A stretch of 64,000 nucleotides of DNA from Eledone cirrhosa (GCA_964016885.1 OZ024740.1:285386001-285450000); one strand, 5' to 3'; positions 12,672 through 26,160 are shown, numbered from the stretch's first letter. The notes: a model not told the origin generated them from the sequence alone. Numbers and translations are program-made.

Positions 12672-14373
12672 TTGTTTCATGTGCTACGGATGATGCAAGA
12701 GCAATGGTCGGCCAACATAAGGGCTTCGTCACTCTTCTGAAGAGAGAAAATCTATCTGTATTTGCTGTTCATTATGTCATTCATCAACAACACTTGGCTG
12801 CGAAGAAATTCAGCAAGCCTCTGAGCAAGTCCTTGCAGGTGGCCATTGATGTCATCAATTTTATCAAACACCATTCCCTCAATGAACGAATTTTCCAGCA
12901 ACTGTGCCAAGACAATGACGAAGAATTCGTCAAGTTGCTCCTTCATACTGAAGTGAGGTGGCTTTCAAAGAGCAAGTGCTTTACTCACTTCTTTGAACTG
13001 TTCGACTCTATCATTGAGTTTCTGCGAGGACGCAACACAGAACTGTACAAGAAAACCCTCGATGTGAGGCAAGACTGCGCTTACCTCACCAACATCTTCG
13101 ATAAATGCAATAGCGTCATTTTGGCTTTGCAGGGGAAGAAGATCACCTTGCTTAAAGCAAGGAAAAAAAACATTTCTGGCCAAATTGAATGTCATCGAAA
13201 GGAATCTTTGTTGACGGGAATTCTATAATTTTCCTAGTGTCGCCAATGTTCAAAACATTGTAAGCGATGACCAACTCCAAATTTATACCACTCACCTCCG
13301 TGAGCTACAAGACAACATGAGAGAACGGTTTGTCGACCTTTTGCCGATGGACATCCCAATGTGGATAGCAGATGCTTTCATAGCTAATGTCGACGATTTG
13401 GACGTTAAATTTCAGGAAGAATTCATTGAACTTCAAGCAGATGACACAATCAAAATTAGATTTCCCAAAATAGGTGAACCCCTTTTTGCAAGAGGAAATT
13501 CAGCATTGATTTCCACACCTACATGCAGAGGCTAAGAGATTTGCTCTGCCTTTTCCAAGCTCATACTTAGTCGAGAGGAAGTTTGGTGTTGTTTCCAGAC
13601 TGCACAGTAAAGCTTGCAACCGCTACAATGTAATTACACGTGGAGATCTCTGGCTACATCTTAGGAAAATTGAGCCTTACGTCAAAGAGTTAGCTAGACT
13701 CCATGAAGCTCAAGGGTCCAATTGAAATGAGTCAAAGTTAAAGTAAGTTGATTTATACGAAAACTTGAATATGCTATTGTTACAAAGCAAACTAACAATT
13801 TTTTTTATTTGTAGTTGTAGTCTGACTGGACTGGAAACCATCTACTACAATTCAATTACTCATTTGTTATATATATTTTACCATTTATTAATAAATATAC
13901 CCTCCCGCGTGGTCATGAAAACCCTCTTCCGTGGTCTCTAAGCTCACAAAGCAGGGGGACATCAAGTTTGATATCAACATTTATTCTGTCCGTTTCATTA
14001 AAGGGAAAATTGGAAAGCTTTGAAATGATATAATTGCCACTTTCTTCCAGATAAGAGCACTCTTGGGATAGACAGAGTTACTCTTGTATAAATGTTCAAA
14101 ATAGCTGGTATTGCTTGGTGGGAATATAACAAATTCAACTGGTCCTTATTCATAAAAAAGAACATTTATGTTCCTTTTTTTGAAATTTATATATTTCCTT
14201 TCAAGGAATGTATTTATACTCTCAGCTGCCTGAATATTGTTAATAAATTTTTTAGTAATCTACTGATATCAAAATCAGTAGTATATTGAAAAATGGAAAA
14301 ATAGGGTAGGGGGTGTTTCGTGATTTCAAGGGACAAAAGGGGGCGTTTGGCCTAAATGGATTGAGAACCTGTG
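12672..14373 (+). mobile_element. hAT transposon remnant (Buster/Charlie-like transposase, frameshifted) with probable right terminus
   Basis: CATDDARAMVG, HYVIHQQHL, LLLHTEVRWLS and FPSSYLVERKF...RGDL motifs, stop near 13725. TTGAGAACCTGTG followed by ATCTAG at about 14361-14379 resembles a Charlie-type terminus and target. Confidence 0.85.
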
Positions 14374-15022
14374 ATCTAGGGTTAAACAACATCATTGAAA
14401 TTGGTTATCAAAGAAACTTGGCAATGTTTGTCTGTCTTCTGGTTCTTTTATTTATTTTCTGGTATAAAACATAAAAATGCTCAATACACCCGTGTATTAA
14501 AAATGTGTAGAGTTTGATATGTCTTTGATACACAAGGTAAACAGGAATACACATCTGAACCAAGGTTTTGTTCAATCAATTTTTTCTGAATCTCTTTGTG
14601 TACAGTTGAACAAAAGGTTGATTTGGATATGTAATCCTGTTTAACTCAAAAGCATTGCAAACATTGATTTCTTTACAATTTCATGTGTTGTGGGGGTACA
14701 GTTAAAATAATTGTTTGATAGTCTGCATATCTGAAAATGTATATCTTATTTTAAGCAATAGTGATCTCTTTATATAAAACATTCTACTTACCTCAGTCTA
14801 TTTAAACACAAACAGGCCTCTATCTGTCTGATATTAACTGGCATTAAGTATTATATTCCAGTTGAGTCATATATCTAAACTGCACAAAGAGAAATGCAAA
14901 TATGTTTTAGGAGTCATTTTGGTTCAGAATAAGATTTGGTTTCTTGAATGAAGAAAGAAATATTTACTTCCAAAGAGAATTTATTCCAGTAAAACAAAAT
15001 TTTGAGATAATTGTGATTTTCA

Positions 15023-15073
15023 TCTATCTCTAATATGACAACCTATTGAATTGTATCTTAACCACTTATATTG

Positions 15074-15166
<93 letters not shown>

Positions 15167-16173
15167 CTATGCATTCTCAAATGGCTCGACCAAATCAAAT
15201 CAAATTTTACAAGACCCCTAGGAGTGTCAACATGTAATTTTTATTTTCACTTGGATTAAAACAATATCACATTTTATCTAAAATTATCTTTCTATAGTCA
15301 ACTAACCACCACCGCAACAACGACGTCACATTTTGTATATGAGTGTGTCTGTGAGTGTGTGTGTTTGCGAGTTTGTTACATACGTTAGACCTCAGAGAAT
15401 TAAACACACACACACACATCTACACATAGATATACATATTTGATGACTGACAAGTAATGGGTGTGCTTGAGTGTATGTCTGTGTGTGTCTGTCTTAGCAG
15501 CATATGTATGTGAGTGTATGTGTGATCATTTTTATTTTAACGCCAGGCCTCGGAGAATTAAACACACAATATCTTCACACAGAGAATTGAACACACACAC
15601 ACATCTACACATACATATACATATGTGTTGACTCATAAGTAATAGTTGTGCAGTAATGTATGTATGTCAGTGTATGTGTGTGTGATAATTTTATATTTTC
15701 ATTTTGGATTTAAACTTTAGTAAACAACATAACTATGGCCGTCACATTTTGTATATGAATGTGTATGTGTCTGAATGTATATGAATGTGTGTGTGTTTGC
15801 GCGTTCCTTAGGTACATTATAGAATACACACACATCTACACATACATATACATATGTGTCTGCGTGAAAGTATGTCTGTGTGTGTCTGTCTTAGTATATG
15901 TATGTGAGAGCATGTGTGTGTGAGTGTGCAGCAACAATTTATTCTTTGGACACCAACAAAAAATTACACAATGAATATTGTTTACACTAGGGTGCTTCAA
16001 GATTGGCGGATTTTCATTTCTAAATTCTATTACATTACAATTTTGATATTTTTTTCATAAAATATAGATATTTTGAAATAATTATGAGGAAAAAAAACAT
16101 AACTACATATTTATTGTATACTAATCTGAATAAGAACTGCAGTAATCCGGGCAACGCCGGGTAATTCAGCTAG
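15023..16173 (+). mobile_element. Non-autonomous Helitron-like element with internal microsatellites
   Basis: 3' hairpin CCGGGCAACGCCGGG (16147-16161) then CTAG|T at 16170-16174. Probable A|TC 5' end at 15023, which is less certain. Confidence 0.65.
15077..15166. repeat. (CT)n microsatellite
   Basis: Directly visible. Confidence 0.95.
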
Positions 16174-16226
16174 TAATTAATAAAGTACTCAGCTGAATGA
16201 TGAGGCTGTATTTGAATTCTTCCTTA

Positions 16227-16328
16227 GCTATAATTGTTTCTACTTTTGGCACAAGGCCAGCAATTACCCAATGGTACTTTATTTTATCGACCTCGTAAGG
16301 ATGAAAGGCAAAGTTAACTTTGGCGGGA
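16227..16328 (-). mobile_element. SINE family A, 3' fragment
   Basis: Reverse complement of the 3' half of the copy at 40284. Confidence 0.75.
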
Positions 16329-16558
16329 TTTCTATAATGATGTGGAGAAAGATGGGCTCCATTAGGTTTTAGATAATCCAAATGATTTCACCTAGAATGT
16401 TTGTAAATGAGGTTTATGTTTCAACATGGTCCCTTGAAAGAAACAATGTAGTTATTAACAAGAAGAATTGAAATTAATGCATGCAAAATTTCACAGTTCT
16501 AGCATCACTCCTTCATAGTCAGCCTATGAACTTTTCAGCTGACCCTTGTGTGTGTATA

Positions 16559-16994
16559 TCATCATCATCATACGTCCGCTTTTCCCTGCTTGCAAGGGTG
16601 GGACGGGTCCTATTCAGCACAGCATCTCTTCACTTGTCACGGTCCTTCGTCATCTCTACCGTGAGCTTCAGCAATCTGAGGTCTGCTCTCACCACCTCCA
16701 CCCATGTTTTTCGTGTCTTCCTCAACTACATCTTCCTTCAACTGGCATTTCTTGGCACTTCTTCACCCATCGGTCATCCTCCATGCACATCACAATGGCC
16801 ATACCATCGCAGTCTCCTCTCCCGCAAACTACAATTTATCCCTCTCAGACAGTTTCTTTCTCAACACATCCATGCTCGGTCGTTCACGCACATTGACATT
16901 GCACATCCAATGGAGCATGCTTGCCTCATTTCTCTCCAGCCGTCGCATATCCTCTGCAGTTGCTGCCCATGTCTCACTACCATGCAGCATCGAA
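16559..16994 (-). mobile_element. RTE family 1, 3' fragment (short-UTR subfamily)
   Basis: MLHGSETWAATAEDMRRLERNEASMLHWMC. (CAT)n tail at the left end. Confidence 0.85.
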
Positions 16995-17235
16995 GTGTCA
17001 CGACAAAATGCACCCAGTCCACACTGTAAAGTGGTTGTGTAGGAGACACGGCAAAAAGCACCCAGCACACACTGTAAATGTGGTTGGCGTTGGGAAGGGC
17101 CTCCAGCTGTAGAAAACCGTCCAGAGGCAGTCCTATATGAGTGAGACATGGTCACCCGACTCAACTTGCCTCAAATGGGACAAACCCATCTAAGCCATGC
17201 TAACATAGAAGATAGACGTTAAACGATGATGATGA
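16995..17235 (+). mobile_element. RTE family 1, long 3'UTR fragment with (ATG)n tail
   Basis: Reverse complement of the UTR seen at 11223-11460 and 62828-63070. Ends GACGTTAAACGATGATGATG. Confidence 0.8.
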
Positions 17236-18395
17236 TTAGTGTGAGGACACTGTCTTAAAGGTTGCATATTGGACCGTAAACAGTAACAATGTAGAGTAGA
17301 GAGCACCCTTTGATTCTGCATAGGATAAGGCAACTTATCTAATGTTGGTGCCATGCTTAACACAAAAAATACCTTTATGTATTCTGTTCTGTTACACCTA
17401 CGTCTTTTTACAATTTGGTCAATGGTCAACTTGCCTATCTCTTTTTATGAGATTGATAAAATAAGTGCTGGACAAAGCTGCATTCAGTGTCCCAGAATGA
17501 TTGCACTCCAAGGAGTTCTAGAATTGCTGCTGTGTAAAAGAATTAAAAATATACAAACACATCTGCATACATGTACACATGATTACTGGAAGCGAGTAAG
17601 TAAGGAAGGAATGTTGAAAGAGTAAGAGTGATGAAGAAGAAAAGAGGATCAGCAACAAAAGAGGAAAAGAAGAGTTATAGGGATTAACTTGTGAGTATAT
17701 AACATTTGTTTTCCCCTTCTAGCAAGAGTTAGATGTGTTGTCATCAGCCAAATCAGATGGGAGGGGCACCTCACTTACAAACATTCCCACACTCTACTGA
17801 AAGTCCTGGGTTCATTTTATTGTGGCACCAGCACAAGAGTCCTCTTGACTCTTTGGCAAGAAACCGAAACAGATATACATACCTATTTGTGCACTCACAC
17901 AGTTGTAAGCACATATCAGGGTTCAAAGGAAATAAAGCATGGAAAATTATATTTCAATAAAGAGAAGTAACAGAAATAGGAAACAGATGGGTTCTGATAA
18001 ATAAAGATGTCCCAATGGGGTATAAACAATCTAAAAAAAAGTTACACTACAGGCTAGGAGAGTCTGTTACTGGCATTGGGATATTATCACCTAAACCCTG
18101 ACCTGTTCCTCCTCTGTATAACGCATTGCAAAGTATGTGATGCAGTTGTATTGATTTTATTGTAATAGTTATATTTTCATTTCTTACAAAATTACTTGCT
18201 TGATTCATAAGTCATTGGTGTGTGTGAGAAAGTAATGATGCTAACAGTAATGATTCCTTTCATTAGCGCAAGCCACAGATTTGTATTCATTAAATTTGTC
18301 TTGGTATATCACTTGCACTTATTTTAGTGACTCATGAAAAAACAAAAGCTGACATCAATAGTATTTGAACTTAGAACATAGAGGTATTGATTTAA

Positions 18396-18613
18396 CCCTT
18401 TAGCATTTACATTACTCTATATTTACTATTATATTTTCATGGTAAAGGCTTTATCTCATATAATTATCTCACATAATATTGAATCTATGAGATTTTGATA
18501 TTTATTTTGAGAACAATACCTTAACATCAATATTAGCGGCTGGTTACTGCTGGTTTGAACAGAAAAAGGTGAGAGAATTCTGGCCGGATATGGCTAGTTT
18601 AAATGCTAAAGGG
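18396..18613. mobile_element. TTAA-flanked MITE (piggyBac-like)
   Basis: 14-bp TIR CCCTTTAGCATTTA with TTAA on both sides. Confidence 0.9.
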
Positions 18614-19866
18614 TTAATACAGCAAAGCAACTTTATTTCTGCTAATATTACTATTAGTATTAATAATAATAATTTCATTTATTTGTGACAAAAGTGATGG
18701 ATGAGGAGACATTACATAGAGAGGTTCAAAATGTATGGGTGGTAATAATACTTAGATATAGTCATGAAATTTAAAGCATTTTAGCTTTGCTGAAAGCTAT
18801 ATTTGTTGCTGTTAAACTCCAGGCCAATCCTGGTTGATCAGACCTCTGATCAAAGGCATTCCATCAATGACTGTCCTGTATTTTTTAGGCTTAATGTTAT
18901 CTTTGACAACATTATTTAATGTAATTGACAGTATCAGTAGTGCTTTGCAACATATAGTTACGACTTTTTACGTTCTGATTTCAAATCCCAAATTAATTTT
19001 TCCTTTCATCCTTATGGGGTTGATAAAATAAAGCACCAACCAGTGGGTTGATTTAATCAACTTTTCCCTCTCCCTTAAAAATTATTGGCCTTGTGCCTAA
19101 ATCAGAAACCATTATTTCATGTGCTTTTCTTTTTTTTTAAGACTGTAGGACTAAATTTGCAGAAAATTTAGTTATTATATATCATAAATGAAGTATTCAT
19201 GGAGAAGTGCCATTGTACATGTGATCTGATGCAATCATGAAAGCCAATATTATGTATATTGTTTGAAAATGTGATAAAAACTCATGACCTGGAGTTGTAT
19301 GTGTCTGTGAACTAGAATTAGCATAGATCTGCTATATTTATTATCATTTAATATTTATTTTTCCCTACAAGCAAGGGTAAGATGTGTTGTCATCAGCCAT
19401 GTCAGATAGGAGAGGCACCTCACTTACATGCACCCTCTCACACTACATTTTATTGTAGCACCAGCAATAAGGAGAGTGTCATGTCTTTGACACAACTGAA
19501 GAGTCCTGACCCTTTGGCAAGTTTTTTTTTATGGCTGGAACCCTTCCTATCACCAGAGTGTACTGGATGTGTTTGTGTTGATCACCAACACCAACACTAA
19601 GGAGGTTGTCATATTTTTCACATAATTGAAGAGTAATACTGCCAGATGCCCTTCCTATCACCATCCATCTTACAGGGTGTATTTTTTTGTGTGCTAATTA
19701 TAATGGGTGTATTTTTACACTGTTAATTATAATAGGTATACACAAATAAAAGCTCTTTTAGGTAAGTTACATTGCTTGATCTGCTAGAGATAGCAGTTGA
19801 GTATATGCAACCAAATCTTCAAATCTCACCCGGCTGTCATTAAAAAAAGAAGGATGGATTAAACAT

Positions 19867-20597
19867 CATCTTTGTCCCAACAATCCTCTCAGGAATAAGT
19901 AAACAGAGTCCTCAAACACTTCTAACAGGTCCTGTCAGAAGCAACCGTTTCCAACTGAGCTGGCTGGACCCTCAAGTGAGACCAGCCAAGCTCATGGATG
20001 TTATCCAACCATTTTGCTTGAGGTCTACCCCTGGGTCTCTTGCCAGTTGATTTTGCCCATAAAATCTGTCCAGCAATTCTTTCCTGAGACATTCTAACTA
20101 CGTGCATTTGATAGGTTTGATGTCAAGTGCTGCATGGCTGGAATGAAAATCAGTACTGCAAAAACTGAGACACTCATCCTCTCAAGGAAAATTGCACAGT
20201 GCACTCTACATGTGAATGGAATTTCACTTAAGCAGTGAAGTTCAAGTATCTCAGGGCCATGTTCATGAGTGATGGAAGGCTGAATTAAGTGCAAGAATTG
20301 CAGGAGCTGGTGCAGTAATGCACCGGCTTTAGCATTCGGTAATCAGAAGGGAGGTAGATGTAAAAGCTCTGCTCACTGTTTTCAATTCAGTAATCGTGCC
20401 GACCCTTAACTATGGTCATGAATCTTTGGTAATGACCAAATGAGTGCAATCGCAAATGCAAGCACCCGAAATGGGGTTCCTCCAAAGGGTCTTAGGAGTA
20501 ACTTTACTCGATAGAGTGCATAGCTTGGAGATCAAAGAGTCACTCCAGGTAGGGCCACCACTTCTCCGAATTAAGAGATCACAGCTCCGATACTATG
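19867..20597. mobile_element. RTE family 2 insertion with a 5' inversion
   Basis: 3' part on the minus strand (19867-20104) and upstream part on the plus strand (about 20108-20597), flanked by the direct repeat GGATTAAACAT. Confidence 0.8.
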
Positions 20598-21071
20598 GGA
20601 TTAAACATTGTAGTCTTCAATATACAAAAAACAAGATGTTGGTTACAGATGGTATGCTTTTGATCATGTCTGCTCAGTTATGGTTAAACTATAGAAACAA
20701 CTGTAATCATTCTACATTGGAATTCAGTTTAGTTCAAATGAATGTTAGAAGACAGGAAGTAGTTTTGAATTGAAAACTTCCATTTGCTTGCTTAGCCTCG
20801 TAGCTGTACTGACTGTATACGGCTTGTGTGGTAACATTAATGAGTGAACAGAGTTTCACTAGTTCAGGTCAGTATGTGTGTTTGAACTTTTATAGTATCA
20901 TAGACTGAATAAAGGAATACTGTGACAGCACTGCTACTGCCCATACATTTTAGACTGTATTCCCACCCCCACACCACCTGATTGATTGGCATGAAATTGC
21001 TTACCAATACACACCAACCTTTGACAAACAGACCTGCTGTTTACTTGCCCTGCCTTTTCTAAAGCTACTTA

Positions 21072-21828
21072 CATCATCTTCATCGTTTAACGTCCATCTT
21101 CCACGCTAGCATGGGTTAGACGGGAGTTGTGCTACTTGAGGCAAGGTTGGTCGAGTGACGGTGTCTCGCTCATATAGGACTATCTGGCAGGTTTTCTACT
21201 TCCTAACACCAACCACATTTATAGTGTGGAACTGGGAACTTTTTACCGTGTTACCTACACGGCCACATTTTTTTTTTTTTTGTGACACCTACACGATCTC
21301 AATCTCATTATCTCATTTATTTGGACTGGATGTTCTGGTACCAACTTTACAGAGAGAGGGTGGTGTTAGTGGGAGGGTAGTGGATTGGAGTGTATATTTG
21401 GTTAGGAGGTGCCTACTGACTGTAGGTTTCGCTTTGTACATAGGCAAGGCGGGTCTTCTGTATTACTGCATAGCGCCAAAGATCTTGGTCCAGTGACATT
21501 GTCTTAGAGAGGTGTAAGTGTGTAAGGTCGGAATTTATCAGATCGTCCTAGGTTTTTCTGGGTCTACCTACTCCGTAACTACCATCAATTTTGATCGCCC
21601 TGCACTTTTTTATGCAGCTGTCGTCTTTCATGCGCATCATGTGGCCATACCAACGTAGTCTTCTCTCCAGTAAACAGCATCTGATCCTTCTTATTCCTAA
21701 TTTCTCACTTAGTTCATTTATGCTTTGCCGTTCACGTATATTACTATTACACATCCAACGGAGCATGCATGCTTCATTCTTTTCCAGTCTACGCAGGTCC
21801 TCTGCACGTAATACCCAGTCTGCGTAGC
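21072..21828 (-). mobile_element. RTE family 1, 3' fragment with long UTR
   Basis: MLRWMCNSNIRERQSINEL...RRLRWYGHMMRM. Closely related to 11223-11985. Confidence 0.9.
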
Positions 21829-23642
21829 TCCTCTACTTACAGTAACTTCTAATCCTCTTTACTCAGTCCTTCCTCTCTAGAATGTCAGTCTTTTGGAATA
21901 TATTTCTCAGAGCCCCAACCCATGTTTTTCTTGCGGGGGGAACTATGTTGATCTCGCTGATATCAGAGAGAGTGCAAAGGTTTTTGATATAGCTCCTTCT
22001 TTCAGACCAAGTCATAAAAAAGTACACATGTAGTTGGAGGAATTTATAAATGAGTTGAATTCAATGTATAAAGTATATATAGTTTTATAGAAAGTAAAAT
22101 GAATATTTATAAATGTGAATTGATAGGAACATAATACTTTGGTTATAAATGTAAAAAAGAAGCAAACAATTTTATGGGTCAAATTAATGTTAATTTATTT
22201 CTCTATTCTAAATGTGTATTATATAATAGCAATTTTTCACATAGGCAATTAGTAATTTATAAATAGCAAGGATTTCATTTTAGTTCAAAATAATTGAGTG
22301 ACAGGATTCAATAATCTATTGATACTTATTGAAACACACATTTCAAAATTTGACCGTTTGAGGATTTGAAGCTCAGAAAAGGTATCATCACCATCGTTGC
22401 TATCACTGCCACCAAAAACAACAACAGTCTCTGACCCATGCTGGCATGGGTCGGACAAGTTCTCACAGTCTAAATCAGTTTCTTTTCAGAGTTACTACCT
22501 TCCTAGATGGAGTGGGTTCATTGGGCAAAGTTTCTATGATTTGATACCCTTCTTGACAGTATGCACTGTGTACATTTTAACATGTCAATAGCACTGTAGA
22601 GGTTGTCTTGTCCTTGGCAAAACTAAAGTGTCCTCTATACCTAATATTGTCTTCATTTATTCACCAACCACCTTACATTGTGTATACTACTTGCATCTTA
22701 TTGTGGCACCAGCACTAGTGTGGTTGTCATGTTCTCAATAAGGGTAAAGAGCAGTCTTCATCTGTTCAGAAAGTGTATTCATATAAATGAGATGATGAGT
22801 CGGAGCAAATAGAGTGATAGAAAAGGGATTAATGGAAGAAAGACAATGATATGCAGCTAAATACCATCAAAGATTCATTTTTTTTTTTTTTTTTGCAAAG
22901 ACTTTTGTATATTCATAATTAATAGAAATGTATTTGAAGCTTTGGATTAACTCAGAAGTAGAGTAGTTAGAAGTTTTGATGTTTACTTGTCTCCCTTAGA
23001 CATTAGCAACATAAGTAATGCAGGTCCACTTAGGATTTAAAACAATGCTGCAAGCTGAGGCTGTTATGAACTTAATTCTGCACTTTGATCACCCAGGATA
23101 TCTTTTAGAATAAAGAAAACTCAAGAATACTCAATGTAGTTGTCCAACCTGCTAGAAATAGCTGTCATGTTTCCTTTCAAAAACACCTCACCATCTTAAA
23201 TGTGGTCACTTTAGATAATGGAATCCTGGTTTCCCAGCACAGGACAAAGACAGGATGGTCATGACTGAAATGCTTTTGATTGTAGGGGGCTGATCTGTGT
23301 ATAAACCCCCCCCCCCCCCCCCCCCCATAAAAAAAGCCATAGCTGAAGCAATGAGGAGATTTGATAGGATTAATTTCATTTGGTATTTTCATTTCATTCA
23401 TGATACAGCTGGTTATCTGGTTATATTGATTTATTTATTTATTATTATTTTTCTTCTTCTTCCGTCCCTGAGAAAGGAATTGTATGTAATCTTTTTGCAA
23501 TGATTTTAAAAGCAATTGCACTCACAATATGCAATACGGAAAAAAAATTCAGATGCCATTTCCTTACACTCTTCTGGAAAAATTAATGTAGAACTACAGG
23601 GATTAAAAAAAATATGTTTTGAAAATAGCTTTTATATATATA

Positions 23643-24457
23643 TCATCATCATCATCATCATCATCAACGTTTAACGTCCGTGTTCCACGCTTGCATGGGT
23701 TTGGACGGGGGTAGTCCCACTTGAGGCAAGAGTGATTGTCTTGCTCGCATCGGACTGTCTGGCAGGTTTTCTACAGTTGGATGCCCTTCCTAACACCAAC
23801 CACATTTACAGTGTGGGTCTGGGAGGTTTTTACCGTGTTGCCTACACGGCCACATTACAGCGTGGACTGTGTGTTTTTTTGTCGTGACACCTACACGTAT
23901 ATATATATATCATCACCACCACCGTTTAATGTCAATTTTTTCACGCTGGCATGGGTTATTTGAGGTGTCCTTTTGTGGGCAATGCTAGGTCAGGTGACCA
24001 TGTCTTGCTCATACAGAACTGATTCTGGCTTGGTTTCTGCAGCTGGATGCCCTTCCTAATGCCAACCTCATTTACAGTGAGTACTGGGTGCCTTTTGTCA
24101 TGATGCCTACATAACCACTTTACAGTGTGGGCTGGACACTTTTGCCAAACACGACCACTTTACAGCGTGGGCCAGGTGCTTTTTTGTCATGACACCTACA
24201 TGACCACTTTACAGTGTGGGTTGGGCGCTTTTTGTCGTGTTGCCATCACGGCCACTTTACAGTGTGGGCTGGAGGCTTCACTGGATGTATGTGTGGGAGT
24301 GGGTAGGGTGTAATTGAGTGGTGTGGTGCATATTATACATATGCTTCATCTTCGGCCTGTGCCTGTGGGAAGTCAGGTTTTCTGTATTACTGCATAACAC
24401 CAAAGATCCCGGTCATGTCATCCCCTTTGAGAGGTGCAATTGGGCATGGTCAGCTTT
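23643..24457 (-). mobile_element. Two stacked RTE family 1 3'UTR fragments (about 23643-23897 and 23911-24457)
   Basis: Each begins with a (CAT)n or CATCACCACC tail next to a TA run and carries ACCACTTTACAGTGTGGG subrepeats. Confidence 0.8.
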
Positions 24458-24458
24458 T

Positions 24459-25647
24459 CATCATCATCATCATACGTCCGCTTTTCCCTGCTTGCAAGGG
24501 TTGGACGGGTCCTATTCAGCACAGCATCTCTCCACTTATTACGGTCCTTCGTTATCTCCTTGGTGAGTTTCAGCGATCTGAGGTCTGCTCTCACCACCTC
24601 TGCCCATGTTTTTTGTGATCTACCTCTACTGTGTCTTCCTTCTACTGGGATTTCTTGGCACTTCTTTACCCAGTGGTCATTCTCCATGCGTATCACATGT
24701 CCATACCATCTCTCCCTTCTCTCCTGCACACCACAACTTATCCCTCTTATACCCAGTTTCTTTCTCAACTTGGTCGTTCACGCACATTGACATTGCACAT
24801 CCAACGGAGCATACTTGATTCATTTCTCTCCAGCCATTGCATATCCTCTGCAGTTGCTGCCCATGTCTCACTACCATGCAGCTTCGCGCATCTCACACAG
24901 GCATCATGTAATTGTCCTTTCGTACGCAGGGAGAAACCCTTCTTTGTCAACAGAGGAAGCAGCTCCCTAAACTTCTTCCAACCCGTCCTTATTCTAGATA
25001 CTATGGCCTCGAAACACCCCCTCCCATGCTAATCTGATCACCTAGGTACCGGAAGCTATCAACCACTTCTATAGAACCCACCTGCATTGGAAAAATGTGT
25101 CTATCACAGCGATTACTACTGCCAACTACATAGTTTTCCCTACCTGTTAGTTTGCCTGCTATCCCACTACATCTCTTGTGCACCCAAGATCTGCATTGCG
25201 TACATTTTATGGAATCAGAGTATTGTCTTGTCTTCTACTTATCAACACTTTTGTCTTAGCTATGTTCACTCTCAGACCTCTTGATTCCAACTGCTGTTTC
25301 CATAGCCAGAATTTATTCTCTAGCTCCTCTACTGATTCTGCTATAAGAACCAGATCATCAGCATAGAGAAGTTCCCATGGGCATCCAGTTTTAAACTCCT
25401 CTGTTATGGCTTGGAGAACTATAATGAATAAGAGTGGGCTGAGGACCGAACACTGATGAACTCCTACTTGTATCTGGAATTCCTCATTAAACTTCATTCC
25501 TACTCTCACTTTACTGACAGCACCCCTGTACATAGCTTGCACTGTCCTCACAAGCCATTCCTCTACACCTAGTTTCCTTAGGGCCACCAGATGACAGATC
25601 GGGGTACCCTATCAAAGGCCTTCTCTAGGTCAACAAAAGCTAAGTAT
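24459..25647 (-). mobile_element. RTE family 1, 5'-truncated decayed copy covering the RT and C-terminus
   Basis: FVDLEKAFDRVP, GVHQCSVLSPLLF, ELLYADDLVL, VDSFRYLGD, HGSETW and WYGHVIRM motifs. Confidence 0.9.
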
Positions 25648-25790
25648 AGTGGCGATACGAATAATAATAAACAAACTTATCTCAACGGATTTTCGAAATT
25701 ATGTTATATATATAACATCCGGAATAAGAAATGTGTGTGGGCAGTGGAGGATATAACTAAAGTTCAAACATTTTCATCATAATTTAAACA

Positions 25791-26160
25791 AAAGGATGAC
25801 TGTATGACGCCTGTGTGCGATGGTGCTAAGTAGTGGAATATGGGCAGTGACTGAGATGAACTGAGGGAGAAGCTGGGTTTAAGAAGAATCCGAGGTGGTG
25901 TGCAGGAAAGAAGTGTGCGTTTGTACAGACATATAATACTCATGGATGATGATCGATGGGTGAAGAAGTGCCAGGAAATGCCAGTGGATGGAAGCTAGAC
26001 GTAGACCTGAGCAAAGGTGGTGAGAGCTAACCTCAAATCGCTGAGACTCACAGAGGAGAGGACGAAGAAATGCAGTGATTGGAGAGATGCTGAACTGAAA
26101 AGCACCTGTCCAACCCATGCAAGCATGGAAAAACGGATGTAAAAACGTTGATGATGATGA
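25791..26160 (+). mobile_element. RTE family 1, decayed 3' fragment
   Basis: Reverse-complement homology to 24459-24930 and an (ATG)n tail. Confidence 0.75.

Noticed and set aside
12704-13535. ZBED5/SCAND3/FAM200-like host gene
   Set aside because: Frameshifted, 5'-truncated and ending in a transposon-like terminus, so it is a hAT fossil.
17514-17525. Heat shock elements for HSF autoregulation (TTCTAGAA here and near 54476; TTCTGGAA near 23572)
   Set aside because: Only two nGAAn units each, which is expected by chance. I saw no three-unit HSE.
23306-23327. Poly-C or poly-G runs (also about 57438-57460 and 61720-61735) as G-quadruplex elements
   Set aside because: Simple homopolymers with unreliable length and no supporting context.
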